From Podarcis bocagei (taxonomy: Eukaryota), in the NCBI GenBank assembly GCA_964188305.1, contig OZ076889.1: DNA of 64,000 bases. One strand, 5' to 3'. The position numbers and the translations under genes were made by a program. Shown piece by piece: positions 63,258 to 64,000 of the stretch (within the stretch, counting starts at the first letter, position 1; the number at the start of each line of letters is the position of its first letter). The notes under the pieces were generated by a model. It did not search any database and was not told where the DNA came from. It saw only the letters and a list, made by a program, of their open reading frames with translations.

Positions 63258-63808
63258 AACATTTTATCATATGTGGTGGGAATGTAAGAAAGTAATAAAC
63301 TTCTGGGAAATGATATATAATGAGATGAAAAAGATGTTGAAATATACATTTCTTAAAAAACCAGAAGCATTTTTACCAGAAGCAAGAGTATTGTTGGCTC
63401 AGAAATGGAAGCAAGAAGAAATACCAACGAAAGAAGAATGGCAGACAAGATTAATGGACTACGCAGAATTGGATAAAATGAAAGGAAGGATTCGAAACCT
63501 GTGGGACCAGAGATTTACAGAAGATTGGAAGAAATATAGGAATTATTTGAAGAGCAACTGTAATCAACAAATTACGCTAGTAGGACTACAAGAAGTTTTG
63601 TAAGGAGAAATATTGCAAAGAAGAGAGCTATTAGTTATGAGATTTAAATGTAATAGTGAAAATAAGAACTGTAAATTAAGTGAATAGATTGGAAAATTTT
63701 CAGATGTGATTGATGGAAGTCAAAAAAACTGTATAAGATGTAAAAGTATGTTTAATTACTGTTGAAAATGATATGTTGAAAACTAATTAAAAATATATTT
63801 TTTTTTAA
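63258..63808 (+). mobile_element. L1 LINE 3' end (ORF2 C-terminus plus 3'UTR), nested in a MITE
   Basis: GTFYHMWWEC (end of zinc knuckle), ARVLLAQKWK..PT..EW; 19-bp TSD ggaatacaattcttgtcgg (63239-63257 / 63809-63827). Confidence 0.9.
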
Positions 63809-64000
63809 GGAATACAATTCTTGTCGGTCTCAGCCAGCACAGCCAGCATCAGAGATGACTCCAGCTAAAACATGGAATCACAGAATCTCAGAGTTGGAAG
63901 GGACCATGAGAGTCATCTAGTCCAGTGTTTCCCAAACTTGAGTCTACAGCTGGTTTTGGAATACAGTTCCCATCATTCCTGACCACTGGTTCTGCTAGCT

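Noticed and set aside
1-64000. Prokaryote-style systems (CRISPR arrays, operons, defence islands)
   Set aside because: The sequence is vertebrate intron/exon DNA; all repeats are TEs or microsatellites and there is no repeat-spacer array
52301-64000. First coding exon or promoter of PAPPA2
   Set aside because: No propeptide or PEGGQ-type LamG start and no CpG island found; it must lie beyond the window

Overview
Vertebrate (squamate, most likely lacertid lizard) genomic DNA lying entirely inside the pappalysin-2 gene (PAPPA2) on the minus strand. Ten consecutive coding exons were resolved (52300 down to 3416; 2858 nt, about 953 codons). All have GT-AG boundaries and a continuous phase. They encode the LamG-like domain, LNR1/2, the metzincin catalytic domain ([11 protein letters not shown] plus Met-turn) and part of the central region. 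The first coding exon and the CCP/LNR3 exons lie outside the window. The introns are dense in squamate TEs: Sauria SINEs, Squam3-type SINEs, a tRNA-Lys/CR1-tail SINE, young CR1 copies, L2 and L1 fragments, Tc1/mariner-pogo and hAT MITEs, and three solo LTRs with 5-bp TSDs. I see no new host gene. The most notable observations concern mobile DNA: (1) a solo-LTR family whose first ~330 nt keep an open, apparently selected frame ending in an Arg-rich tail; (2) a full-length 1.7 kb non-coding L1-dependent element; (3) a CR1 with a fold-back/templated 5' junction; (4) a twin-primed Sauria SINE; (5) a hAT MITE carrying TTAGGG repeats; (6) a U2 fragment truncated near nt 38. Repeat family names and human exon comparisons are from memory, not from database searches.
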